A DNA stretch of 33,280 nucleotides from Hydrurus foetidus (GCA_900617105.1 UYFQ01000586.1:62001-95280); one strand, 5' to 3'. Numbered from the stretch's first letter, positions 13,601 to 23,312 are shown. Notes: generated by a model from the letters alone, not told the origin. Numbers and translations are program-made.

Positions 13601-14522
13601 CATCACATCATATCTCGTGACATCACAAGTGATGTAACATAATGCAACAAAATACGATTTCGCTTCACATCACATCAACACAGGCCACCCTGCACAGACT
13701 GACGGCAGCTATACCTCTACCCTGAAGTCGCAACGAGGTACTGGTCCGCTCTCCGACTGGACAGATAATGGAATAGTGTGCGCCAGTCACGTCATTGATT
13801 TCGCCGTGTACGTTCCCTCCAGTACGGTGCAGTATGTGAAAGATTTTCTTTCAAAAAACACTTCCTCTGCTTTGCTCGATGATAGAGAGAAAGACGGAAA
13901 GGGAGAGCGAGAGGGAGACAGAGACAGAGGGGAGAGTGTAGAAGATTTGTGTTGCTCTGACGACGAGGACGTCACTGAGAAGAAACATTTCTGGAATCGA
14001 GAGTTCTGGATCCTCTCGAAATTCTGTCGAGATAAATCAAAAGAGAAAACTGAATTTTATTTCATCGAGAATGTGCAGTACATCCAGTACTTGGTATTGC
14101 ACACGGACATGATAAAAGAGATTGATGCGGAGTGTATTAGTCCGACACTCATGGGTAGGGACTCTCCATGCGCGGTGTCTAATGTGGGTGTGTGGGATTA
14201 TAGTGAGGATGGTGTGTGTGGGGAACCATTGGCATTGCGTCCTTCACTTCGAGGGGACAGGGATGTTGAAATCCCCTTGTCATGCACTGACCATTTTCCA
14301 AATGCCGCTCAAATCAAGCCTGTATCAGCCTGGAAGATATCTGTCACAGCGGTGTACTTCGCTGCCGGTCCCGCTTATACCGGATCAACCGCATGTGCTT
14401 ACAGTATGACGGTTAAAGGGCGTCTGTGTGTGTGTCTGTCATTCGCCACTCCATTCATGACGGCTGAAGATGGACACCTGTTCAAAGATACCTTTTTAAA
14501 TTTAATTGCACACGTAATCTAA
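10639..14522 (+). CDS. CoA-dependent acyltransferase, alcohol acetyltransferase/condensation-domain-like (~740 aa); exons 10639-10785, 10882-10970, 11175-11292, 11968-12059, 12299-13236, 13684-14522
   Basis: Phase-consistent GT-AG introns (2223 nt). Family motifs in the expected order: RELGGIEKF, RHPMLR, catalytic HxxxD (FNHGIND), CRLKGVTVTSVLSAA, VSNVG, TVKGRLCVCLSF. Intron 1 has an alternative in-frame pair (10774/10904). Confidence 0.85.
11656..11889. repeat. (TATAG)n pentanucleotide microsatellite in intron 3 of the acyltransferase gene
   Basis: About 230 bp of tatag/tgtag/tacag units. Confidence 0.97.
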
Positions 14523-15015
14523 TTAATTTGTTCCGATCTACAGTGCAGTACAGTCTAGTACGTATAGCAATACTGGTGAGGGAGAGTGTTCTTCTTTTCT
14601 CCCCACTCACTCCCTTGTTCGAGTCATAGAGCTCTAGCGAGAAGCATGAACCACTTGTTCTGAACTTTCAAACTACCATCGCTCCTGCCTGAAGGTAATT
14701 TCTTAAATCGCAGCTAATTATCTACCCAAGACTTCCTATTTACAGCAATTGGCAGAGAGACATTCAGTCACAGTAAGATAGTAGAATGACGAGAAGAAGC
14801 ACGGGTAGAGCAAGGAGGTAATCTGCGAGAAAGTGAAGGGACAGAATGTGACGAAGAAAATGAAACGTCATCATTCTCTTAATCTTGCATATGGATCACT
14901 GAGGTATTCTATCCATCTGACCTACAAGCCATGTATGCATGCAATATATTATAATATAAAATAACATGATAGAAATGAATGTTTTTACATGCAAATACAA
15001 TTGCGTGAGTGAAAT

Positions 15016-15960
15016 TCACCGAAACAGGCAAGGTGAATAAACGGAATAAAGATCAGGGGACGTTGCTGAGTGAGGAAATATAAAATTCTCTCCCGCTAGC
15101 TGTACGAGTTGCGGCATGATGTGTTTGTCCTTGTCTGCCAGATCGGTTGGTCCGTTCTTCTGCGAGGAGTTGTCCACCCAAATGTTCTGCCAACTCACTC
15201 GACACAGAATCTCAGATATCTTCTCATAGCTGCCCTTCGCACTGATCCAATGGGACCCGATGAGAGGGTTGGAGAAGAACAAATGAGAAGAGATCTGTCG
15301 AATGTTTTCTCTGTTGTCGTAGTCCACTTCATCCACATCGCCAGTGTATTGTTCTGACCCGATTCCCTCGCCCCTCTCAGAGATGTACACAGTGGCGGTA
15401 TCCATCAGCAACAAATCGGAGAACTTCCTGGTTGTTGGTGCATGACATAATCTGTATTTCCTCGAGTCCAATGTTGCCTGATTATCCGTCACTTGCTGCA
15501 GACCTCCTAAGATGCTCTGTCTTACACTGCTAGAGTCAGTTTCTGTTGTTCCGACGTCAAGCAGTAAAATCTCTCCCAAACTTGCGAGGGATGACTTCTT
15601 ATTCAAGCTGTTCACTGGGCTTCTTCCGTCTAATGAAAGCTCAGTTGCCGATGAAGACTCAATTAAGCTATTAGTAGAAATGCTGGATGTTGCTATTTTC
15701 GTGAACGACGGAGGTTCCACAGCTCCAGCATTTGTTGCCATTCCGCATACGGCTGCTAAGATCGCTGTAGAGCGCGCTAACCAATCCCATTTGGTTGTCA
15801 AGCACGCAAGTGATGCAGTGTCATAGGAAAGATTAGCATCTGGGGGGACAAAAAAACGTGTAGATGATTTCGGAGCAGTGAGTACAGCGAAGACATTTCC
15901 AAGGGCTGACAAGATTATGAAAGGCACTACGAAGCGGCCTTTTCGTGACACTGGATGCAT
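15016..15960 (-). CDS. Hypothetical protein (314-aa ORF) with a signal-peptide-like N-terminus; the 3' end may be spliced
   Basis: Long ORF; FVVPFIILSALGNVFA hydrophobic leader; a second hydrophobic stretch ending in A-X-A (AILAAVCGMATNAGA). No domain recognised. Confidence 0.5.
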   Translation of the reverse strand: MHPVSRKGRFVVPFIILSALGNVFAVLTAPKSSTRFFVPPDANLSYDTASLACLTTKWDWLARSTAILAAVCGMATNAGAVEPPSFTKIATSSISTNSLIESSSATELSLDGRSPVNSLNKKSSLASLGEILLLDVGTTETDSSSVRQSILGGLQQVTDNQATLDSRKYRLCHAPTTRKFSDLLLMDTATVYISERGEGIGSEQYTGDVDEVDYDNRENIRQISSHLFFSNPLIGSHWISAKGSYEKISEILCRVSWQNIWVDNSSQKNGPTDLADKDKHIMPQLVQLAGENFIFPHSATSPDLYSVYSPCLFR

Positions 15961-16193
15961 TGCCTGAATGGCTCAGAATTATGAGATTCTCGCGCGTTGT
16001 CGGTAAAGATAAATCTGAAGGACCAACCAGGGAATACTACAGTGCCAGATGCGAAATTGACTACAGCGATTCGAATGTCCAGCGGATGCTTAGCGCATTC
16101 TATCGAGATGTTGACGATGGAGGAAGAAATGATTTGATTAAGAAACAACATATACTTTGTGTTGGAGAGGTATTACCGTAGCAGAATAAAATG

Positions 16194-17189
16194 TAGAGCT
16201 TCTTACCGACGTCGAAAATCCGTGTCGGTAAATATGCCGGTTACTTTTACCATTTACCGGCCACACCGACCGGTAAATTACACCGGGTACACCGGGTATG
16301 CCGGAAACATACACCGGGTACACCGGGCGTAGTCTGGCCGGATTTATAGTAGGATAAGGGACCGAAATGTTGATCGTCGAACACAAATCAATCTGGGCCT
16401 CCAGCACCTATTCTCCACAGAATTTGACGCTCAACGGCTCCAGTTTCACGTTGTCAACCATCATCGACAACCTCTGCTCTTTTTCAGCAAATTTAATGAT
16501 GACCAACGTGAGAATTAATTTAATGATGACCAAATTTAATGATGAAAGAAGTAAGGGAACCTACATCTTTCCGCTTTTTGACTGCCTCCACTGCAGTGTG
16601 TTCATCGTAAACGTCCCGGTGTTTGTAAAGAAAGTGGTTTAACAGAGCGCTGGTGCTCTTGCTTTTTCCATAGTTAATAATCTTCTTGCATACGTCGCAT
16701 GTCGGATTGGGACTTGTAGAACTAAGAAAGTTCCACACCCAAGATAATTTTTTGGACTTTGCAGCAGCGACTATCGAAAGATCAATCACTGGATCCACCA
16801 CTGGTGCAGGATCACCTATAGGTGCTGGAGATGGCACCGCTATGTTGGAAGAACTAGCGCTTGCCGATGATGCAGACGGCGTCGAATTTGAAATGTTCAA
16901 CATTTTTTCAATTATTTTAGCGAAGAGCTTTCGAAAGGTATCGATGAGCAGGTAGATAGTAGATATTGACGTTGATTATCAGTAGTACTGTGCTAAATGC
17001 TATCTCCTCTATGCTTAAGTCAGGAAACTTAGCGACCAATTACCGATGGTTCTCGCATTATTCTGTATCGGTAAAGTGTCGGTAAAGTACCGGTATATAC
17101 CGGCCCTTTTTATTTGGTGTCGGTAAACTTACCGATACCGATACCGGCCGGTATTTGCCGGCCGGCATCGGTGTCGGTAAGAAGCTCTA
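16194..17189 (-). mobile_element. Non-autonomous hAT DNA transposon (996 bp, internal-deletion derivative)
   Basis: Perfect 17-bp TIR TAGAGCTTCTTACCGAC; 8-bp TSD ATAAAATG at 16186-16193 and 17190-17197; many subterminal ACCGG/CCGGT motifs; BED-finger ORF inside. Confidence 0.93.
16520..16903 (-). pseudogene. Truncated hAT transposase N-terminus (BED zinc finger)
   Basis: SWVWNFL...CDVC...STSALLNHFLYKH matches the BED consensus; no DDE or dimerisation domain follows. Confidence 0.88.
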
Positions 17190-17400
17190 ATAAAATGTCT
17201 GCTTTTCGTGCCCAAAACTCAAACACCTCGGGTCACGTCCAAATCACCCCACACCATACTAAAAAAGCAAAAAATCTGGGGAACCTTCCTCTTTTTGATT
17301 TTTAGTATGGTGTGGGCTCCGTTTTTGACCATGCCACACACACGTTTGAGTTGGATTTTGGGCATGAAAAGCAGACATTTTATTCTGGTACGGTAATATC

Positions 17401-17724
17401 TGTTGGAATATCTTTGAGTTCCTAGGTCGCGTACGAACGAGGTAGTACAGCGCCGAAAGAGATCAAGGCCAAGGCTCGCGAAATAAGACAACCGTAGTCA
17501 GTAATCACTTGTTAATTTGACTGTGCTTCATCCCTGCTGAAGTCCCCGAGTCCCTTTCAACGCAACAACAATATATTCCTACACTACACTTGAAGTACAA
17601 AACAAATGCATGGGTCCATACATCTCATTCACGTGCCACACACACACACACAATGATCCGTACGTCCGTACGAATGCATAAGTACACAGATTGTGTTCGT
17701 GTCATAACTATGATATCTCCAACA
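17401..17724 (-). repeat. 3' LTR of copia A
   Basis: Direct repeat of 22650-22973; contains a (CA)n tract. Confidence 0.97.
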
Positions 17725-17733
17725 CACCCCTAT
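17725..17733 (-). other. Polypurine tract of copia A
   Basis: ATAGGGGTG immediately before the 3' LTR on the minus strand. Confidence 0.7.
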
Positions 17734-17793
17734 GCCACATCACAATCGATACTCATTCACACATCAAACATAAGTCGTCGTAAAAATAAAAGT

Positions 17794-20700
17794 CTAAACT
17801 AAAGTGTCGTCTTCCCATCCGGTAATCCCACGTCTCTCCGATCTGAATTGAATCCCCTGCAGCGGCTTGGTCAGGAGGTTGGCGTACATGTCCTTGGTCC
17901 CCAGGTGGCGCACTCTCGCCTCGCCTTGGTCCACTCGCTCCTTGAGCCAGAAATACTTGATCGCTATGTGCCTCGTCCTCTCCGCCGCTGACCGTCCTCT
18001 CTCGATAAGGGACATGCATGACATGTTGTCTTGATACACGGTGACCGGCCCACACAAGTGTCCCTGACCTATGATAAAATTTCTTAGGTATAAGGCTTGG
18101 TTAGAAGAGTCGGACAGAGCCACCAACTCCGCCTCAGTGCTCGACTTCGTCACGATCTGCTGCTTCGCCGACTTGCAATGCACCGCACCCCTCTCTCCGA
18201 TCACAACGCAGCTCCCCGTGTGCGACTTCCCATCGGGGTGCACCCCGTATGCCGCATCGATGAGCACACTGATCACGATCCCCTTGTCCCCAGGTGCAAA
18301 TACGATGCCCCTATCTCGAGTGCAGCACACATACTTGAGTAGCCGCTCTAGCTTCACCAGATCATCGACGCTGCACTTGGTCACCCTGGTCGCGAGGAAC
18401 GCCACAGCTGTCAGGCAGTCAGGCCTTGCACGCTTCGCCAGGTACAGTAGCTTCGCAACCAGTCGGTGGAACCTCACCCGCTGTTCCTCAGTCGCCATCC
18501 CAGCACACTCCCTCACATCGAAGAGCCCTTCCGTGGCGGGTGTCCTCGCCCCTCCGACCGTTCCACTCTCCTTGAGCATGTCTTCTACGTACCCACACAT
18601 CGACACCTTGGCTGTACCTACAGTAGATAAGTCGAAAACCATGCCTAGATAGTTAACCACAGGTCCATTCTTTCTTGTGATATCACCATACCTTTTGATC
18701 AACCCGGTAACAAATGCCTCGATCATTCCTTCATCTATGCTCATGATCATTAGATCATCGACGTGCACTGCCACAGTGCATTGCACCCCGTATTCGTTGC
18801 ATTTGTTGAATACGCATATGTCATGCGTATTAGCCACGTACCCCAGCTCCGACAGACTGTCCCTGAGATTCTCATACCATAGGGCCGCCGACTCCACGCA
18901 CCCATACAATGCCTTATCCAGCCGCACAACGACACACCCCTTAGTGTCCACATAGTTCCTATACTCTGGTGCTAATTTAATCATAATGTCGGTCATGTTC
19001 CTGTCCAGTCGCATATGCACTGTAAGTCCCGTCGTCATATCGGCATTGAGAAATGCTCCGCTAATGTCGACTACCGTGATGCATCGTCTCTCGTGGGCTG
19101 CAATGCTCAACAGTGTAAACACCGAACTAGTCCCAACTGTTGGCGCCGACAAGTCGTCGTATAAATCCCTATCCTGCTGGTTTCCTCCAGCAACCAGCCG
19201 TGCCTTTAATTTCTCAAAATCCCCGCTTGCGAGGAATTTCTCCTTCAGGAACATGCTTGAACGGATGATCCTATGCTTCTCCTCGCGAGACAGCTGTCTC
19301 AGATCAACCGGTGCCCACACCTTCTTGTTGATCATTTGTCCGAGCTCCTTCTCGATCACGCTCACTGCGGCATCCCCTCTCGTTCTCAATGCTTCGTTGA
19401 CCGATATATTAAAAACATGCTCACCCCAGTCCTTTCCATCCCCTGAGTAATCTCTCGTGAGTAGTGCCAGTCCCCCATTTCCCCCACGGAAATAAGTCAT
19501 GAAATCTTCACGCCTCATGCGGACGTCCTGTCCCGGCCTTGCCATCATGCGCTTCTCAAGCATCTCCCTCTCGGCATTCCCCTGCACCCCTACCGTCTCA
19601 TCACTCCCAGTGTATGCACTGCTCCCCGAAGTGTAGTCGATCGGAACACCCTGCTCGTCGAACTTCTCGTAACTGTCTTCCGTACGCACATAAGGGCCCA
19701 CCTCGAGACTCTTAAGGCTGTCAATGAGATCGTCCATCTCGACTGGCTTCGGCTTCGCTGGAAGTCGGAGCGGCGCGATAGCGTCATCAGCATACGTCGG
19801 ATGATTCAGGTCATATGTCATGTCTGTTGCCCCGTTTTCTTGGTGCTCACTCACGTCTGGTATATCATCGATCATGTCTGTAAACTCATCACCGTCTAGC
19901 ACAGCTACCGCCGGGTCTATCCCATCATTCACCACGATCTCAATCGTATCGGGCAATCTCTTTTTAGCGTCGCTGTCTTGGTCGTATGATGTCACGCGCC
20001 CATCTAACTCACCCTTCCCTTTCACTCTGCTGTCTTCGAGCGCCATCTCATTTAGTCGCTTGATCGCTGAATCTGGCATGGGGAGTATACGGAATTGATC
20101 TCTATTCACCAGTCGACCCGTGCTCAATGACAGCATTCTGACAGACCCGGTTCGGTTCCCCAGAGGGAGCATCACCACGCAATCCTCAGTTCTCGCTTTC
20201 ATCGAATTATCTGTGTTTGGAACAGTACATTGCGCGTAGTCACCAAATGAACATCTGAAATCTCGCTTACCATCTGGTTTCCTTCCTATAAATGCCTCGC
20301 GTGGGCTGGGGCCCGAACCGCACGGTTCATAGTTCAGCCTAGATATAACGTACAGTACGCACATAGTGACACCCACGGTAGATAATGTGAAAGGTAGGTG
20401 GTACGCAACATGCGCCCGTACTCTCTCCTTAATTACTCGAATTCTGCGTTCGATCCTAGCAACATGTCCTCCGGCACCGCTGATGTCAACTTCGACCCCG
20501 AGCATTCCCAGCTCGTCGACGAGGCTAGTCACTGCTCCCTCTCCATCGCTCATAATCACCGACGTTCGGAAGTTTTGAGACGATAGAACGGCGAGGAAAT
20601 GCGTTATGCCCTTCCTCACCTCCGCTGCTGCCCTCGAAGACTTCTTTGACGCTATGTTATTGAGGCTGTATGCAATCGTTAGACCCAGTGGCGTAGCCAC

Positions 20701-22623
20701 GCCGATTAGTATAGCCAATTTTTCAATAAACATAATATCGATTGACAGCACCTGATCTCTTTGTGCGATTTTTGTGCTGACGACAACATCAGCGATAGCA
20801 GTAGCACGTTTGCATGTTTTCCCTTTTAGGGAAGCAATATCTTTCCCCCAGATAGCCTCAGCGACTTGGAAGTCTCGCGCTGTAACTTCGAAATTGCTCC
20901 CCGCATTGACGATCGACATTGCTTGCTCTATTGTCGGGAAGCCCATCCTCGCCAGTAGCTCTCGCGCTCTGCGGGCTCTCTCTACCTCCCGTTTACTGAA
21001 TGCTGCTGTATTCTCAACTACAGTCGTCACTAGAGTCACTTCCGTATCGACGTCGCGCCAATCGCATGAGTAGAATCGTCCTTCGCTTCCCTCAACATGT
21101 TTCCGACCGAAACGGTAAATCCTTCCGCTACCCTTCGGCTGCAGAGTGAAACAGTCTTCCTCGTGGTCATATCTAACTGTCGCCCCAGCGTCGACTTGCG
21201 ATGCGAATGATAGAATGTTCGCTGAAGCCGATCCACTGTAAAACACCGTCCCGAACTCGCCAAAATCTCCTTCACGATCGACGGACACGCCGACTCCTTC
21301 CTGAATCCCAGATACCTTGATCGATTTGCTCGCTTTCCTTAGGCCGGTGAGTAACTCGGCGTTGTTAAATATGTTTAGTGACGCTTCATTGTCAAGTAGG
21401 ACGTCGTATCTCGAGAAACAACACCTCTCCACCGACGCAACCAAAGCAACACCCCACTCATCACGCTCGCTTTCGTCATCACCTTCTGGCTCTTCAATCG
21501 ATACGTGGACTTTTCCCAATGACGATTTACGTTTCGGACAGTCTCTCACGTAGTGTCCTTTCTCCTCGCACAGGTAACATTCCACATCAGCTAGAGACTT
21601 CTTCTTGGCCCCCCCGGTCTTCCCTGCCTTCTTCTCAGCAGGATCCTTGGCTGCGGTGACGTGTGCGCTGTCTGTAACGTACGCGGCGTTCGGTGCACCG
21701 GGAGTGGGAGTGAGTGGTGTGTCATCGTCATGCCAGCCAGATGCGATGTGGAATGCCTCGGCTAGGGTCTTGGGGAACGCGTCCGGTTTGCGGCGGAGTG
21801 CGTCGTTCTTCATGCTGTCGTGCATCTTTTTGTACCGCTTAGGATCCAGTTTCCCGAGGAAGTCGAGTGCTCTCTTCGACTCGGACACCTCCGGCACTCC
21901 TACAGCGTGATTTGCTTCGACCTGTTCGTCGAATCTGTTCTTGAATGTAACAATGAATTCTCTCTCACCTTGTCTCATTGATCCGTACTTACTCTCCTGT
22001 TGGTGTTGATTGATTTCCATTGTCGAATCGTCACTACCATGCAGGTGGGTGAGGTGAGTCTTCCTGATCATCGCCCATAGCATGATGGAGTCGAGCGTCA
22101 TGTACGCTTCACGAAAATTTGGTTCCTCTCGTACCCTGGTCTGTGATGCGACGGACATACGCTTCCACATCATCGGGTACATCGTACGTTCGTTCTCTTT
22201 CTGTGACTTGAGGTCGCGCTTCCTTTGGATGTAATCTTCCTCCCTGAATTTCGCCCTCGATCTTTCAGACGCTTTTCTCCTTCTTTCGTTTCTAACCGCT
22301 CGCGCCGCTCTTCGCGCCTGCTTTTCACGGGCGTTCAATGCAAGTCGTTCTGCACTTACGACCGGTTGTTCGGGGTCCTGAACTTCGTCTTCTGACTCCG
22401 AACTCGAGCTCTCCGAGGATGAATCCGCAGGGTAATCCCTGTAGGAAAGTCTCGGTTGCTCGTATCTTTCGTTGGTGGTAAAGAACATGCCGACGATCCC
22501 GTACAGTTCGGTGGCAATCGTCTGCATATGTTCCCTCCATTTTATGATGTTGCTGTTTTTGCCGTACTGAAGCATACACTCCTCTGTACTCTTCGAAGCT
22601 TCGACGGCGCGTTTGGGAGGCAT
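17794..22623 (-). CDS. Gag-Pol polyprotein (1609 aa): gag, CCHC knuckle, protease, integrase, reverse transcriptase, RNase H
   Basis: CYLCEEKGHYVRDC knuckle; LLDNEAS protease site; integrase SID/SDGEG/IERR; RT KARLVAGG, DISGAFL, LDKALYG, HVDD; RNase H IDAAY, STEAEL, QDN, LTKPL. Confidence 0.97.
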   Translation of the reverse strand: MPPKRAVEASKSTEECMLQYGKNSNIIKWREHMQTIATELYGIVGMFFTTNERYEQPRLSYRDYPADSSSESSSSESEDEVQDPEQPVVSAERLALNAREKQARRAARAVRNERRRKASERSRAKFREEDYIQRKRDLKSQKENERTMYPMMWKRMSVASQTRVREEPNFREAYMTLDSIMLWAMIRKTHLTHLHGSDDSTMEINQHQQESKYGSMRQGEREFIVTFKNRFDEQVEANHAVGVPEVSESKRALDFLGKLDPKRYKKMHDSMKNDALRRKPDAFPKTLAEAFHIASGWHDDDTPLTPTPGAPNAAYVTDSAHVTAAKDPAEKKAGKTGGAKKKSLADVECYLCEEKGHYVRDCPKRKSSLGKVHVSIEEPEGDDESERDEWGVALVASVERCCFSRYDVLLDNEASLNIFNNAELLTGLRKASKSIKVSGIQEGVGVSVDREGDFGEFGTVFYSGSASANILSFASQVDAGATVRYDHEEDCFTLQPKGSGRIYRFGRKHVEGSEGRFYSCDWRDVDTEVTLVTTVVENTAAFSKREVERARRARELLARMGFPTIEQAMSIVNAGSNFEVTARDFQVAEAIWGKDIASLKGKTCKRATAIADVVVSTKIAQRDQVLSIDIMFIEKLAILIGVATPLGLTIAYSLNNIASKKSSRAAAEVRKGITHFLAVLSSQNFRTSVIMSDGEGAVTSLVDELGMLGVEVDISGAGGHVARIERRIRVIKERVRAHVAYHLPFTLSTVGVTMCVLYVISRLNYEPCGSGPSPREAFIGRKPDGKRDFRCSFGDYAQCTVPNTDNSMKARTEDCVVMLPLGNRTGSVRMLSLSTGRLVNRDQFRILPMPDSAIKRLNEMALEDSRVKGKGELDGRVTSYDQDSDAKKRLPDTIEIVVNDGIDPAVAVLDGDEFTDMIDDIPDVSEHQENGATDMTYDLNHPTYADDAIAPLRLPAKPKPVEMDDLIDSLKSLEVGPYVRTEDSYEKFDEQGVPIDYTSGSSAYTGSDETVGVQGNAEREMLEKRMMARPGQDVRMRREDFMTYFRGGNGGLALLTRDYSGDGKDWGEHVFNISVNEALRTRGDAAVSVIEKELGQMINKKVWAPVDLRQLSREEKHRIIRSSMFLKEKFLASGDFEKLKARLVAGGNQQDRDLYDDLSAPTVGTSSVFTLLSIAAHERRCITVVDISGAFLNADMTTGLTVHMRLDRNMTDIMIKLAPEYRNYVDTKGCVVVRLDKALYGCVESAALWYENLRDSLSELGYVANTHDICVFNKCNEYGVQCTVAVHVDDLMIMSIDEGMIEAFVTGLIKRYGDITRKNGPVVNYLGMVFDLSTVGTAKVSMCGYVEDMLKESGTVGGARTPATEGLFDVRECAGMATEEQRVRFHRLVAKLLYLAKRARPDCLTAVAFLATRVTKCSVDDLVKLERLLKYVCCTRDRGIVFAPGDKGIVISVLIDAAYGVHPDGKSHTGSCVVIGERGAVHCKSAKQQIVTKSSTEAELVALSDSSNQALYLRNFIIGQGHLCGPVTVYQDNMSCMSLIERGRSAAERTRHIAIKYFWLKERVDQGEARVRHLGTKDMYANLLTKPLQGIQFRSERRGITGWEDDTLV

Positions 22624-22638
22624 TGAAGAATGCCGGTG

Positions 22639-22649
22639 CAGTCAAATTA
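22639..22649 (-). other. Non-tRNA primer-binding site of copia A (TAATTTGACTG)
   Basis: Abuts the 5' LTR, lacks TGG, and is the exact complement of LTR bases 22762-22772. Confidence 0.75.
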
Positions 22650-22973
22650 TGTTGGAATATCTTTGAGTTCCTAGGTCGCGTACGAACGAGGTAGTACAGC
22701 GCCGAAAGAGATCAAGGCCAAGGCTCGCGAAATAAGACAACCGTAGTCAGTAATCACTTGTTAATTTGACTGTGCTTCATCCCTGCTGAAGTCCCCGAGT
22801 CCCTTTCAACGCAACAACAATATATTCCTACACTACACTTGAAGTACAAAACAAATGCATGGGTCCATACATCTCATTCACGTGCCACACACACACACAC
22901 AATGATCCGTACGTCCGTACGAATGCATAAGTACACAGATTGTGTTCGTGTCATAACTATGATATCTCCAACA
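22650..22973 (-). repeat. 5' LTR of copia A
   Basis: Direct repeat of 17401-17724; only 26 nt separate it from the gag ATG. Confidence 0.97.
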
Positions 22974-22978
22974 GTATA

Positions 22979-23312
22979 GTAGTTTATGACACGGACACAA
23001 TCAGTGTACTTATGCATTCGTACGGTCGTACGGATTAATTTGTGTGTGTGTGTGTGTGTGTGTGGGTGTGCGCGTACATGCGTGACGACGATGAATGGAC
23101 CCGTGCATCGTCTCTGTACTTCAAGCGTAGTGTAGAATGTCTTTTGTTGTTGCGTTGAAAGGGACTCGGGGACTTCAGCAGGGATGAAGCACAGTCAATT
23201 AACAAGTGTTTACTGCCATACAAGAGCTTATTTCACGAGTCCTGACCGAGTGACCTTCAACCACAGTACAGCGAGAGGCGTACGTGTGGGCCGAACCGAA
23301 GATTCGTCAACA
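22979..23312 (+). repeat. Main part of the 5' LTR of copia B
   Basis: Matches 28245-28580 apart from a few substitutions and the GT-tract length. Confidence 0.95.
23144..23198 (+). promoter_or_regulatory. Candidate TATA-less LTR core promoter/initiator block
   Basis: 55 bp identical between the otherwise diverged A and B LTRs, ending in an Inr-like CAGTC. Confidence 0.45.

Larger units (their letters stand above)
16173..17396. mobile_element. ~220-bp TA-flanked MITE, interrupted by the hAT element
   Basis: With the hAT removed, the left end TTACCGTAGCAGAATAAAATGTCTGCTTTTCGTGCCCAAAA matches the reverse complement of the right end with 2 mismatches. TA at 16171-16172 and 17397-17398. The empty site GGTATC is visible in B's 3' LTR. 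Confidence 0.9.
17401..22973 (-). mobile_element. Intact Ty1/copia LTR retrotransposon A (5573 bp)
   Basis: Two 324-bp LTRs, identical by eye, with TGTTGGA...TCCAACA ends; single long ORF; short PPT (ATAGGGGTG); TSD GTATC (left, split by the MITE) versus GTATA (22974-22978). Confidence 0.97.

Noticed and set aside
16125..16159. Extending B's LTR to include the shared 35 bp
   Set aside because: The CTTTG TSD, the TGTTG/CAACA termini and homology to A's LTR start all place the boundary at 16160/28230
15945..16181. Plus-strand ORF interrupted by copia B
   Set aside because: The reconstructed empty site has a stop (CTT TGA) at the insertion point; the ORF is short, has no motif, and overlaps the start of the minus-strand gene
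22632..22649. PBS as a U1/Sm-site or tRNA 5'-end match
   Set aside because: Only a short resemblance that B does not conserve; LTR self-complementarity explains both elements better, although a tRNA search is still needed
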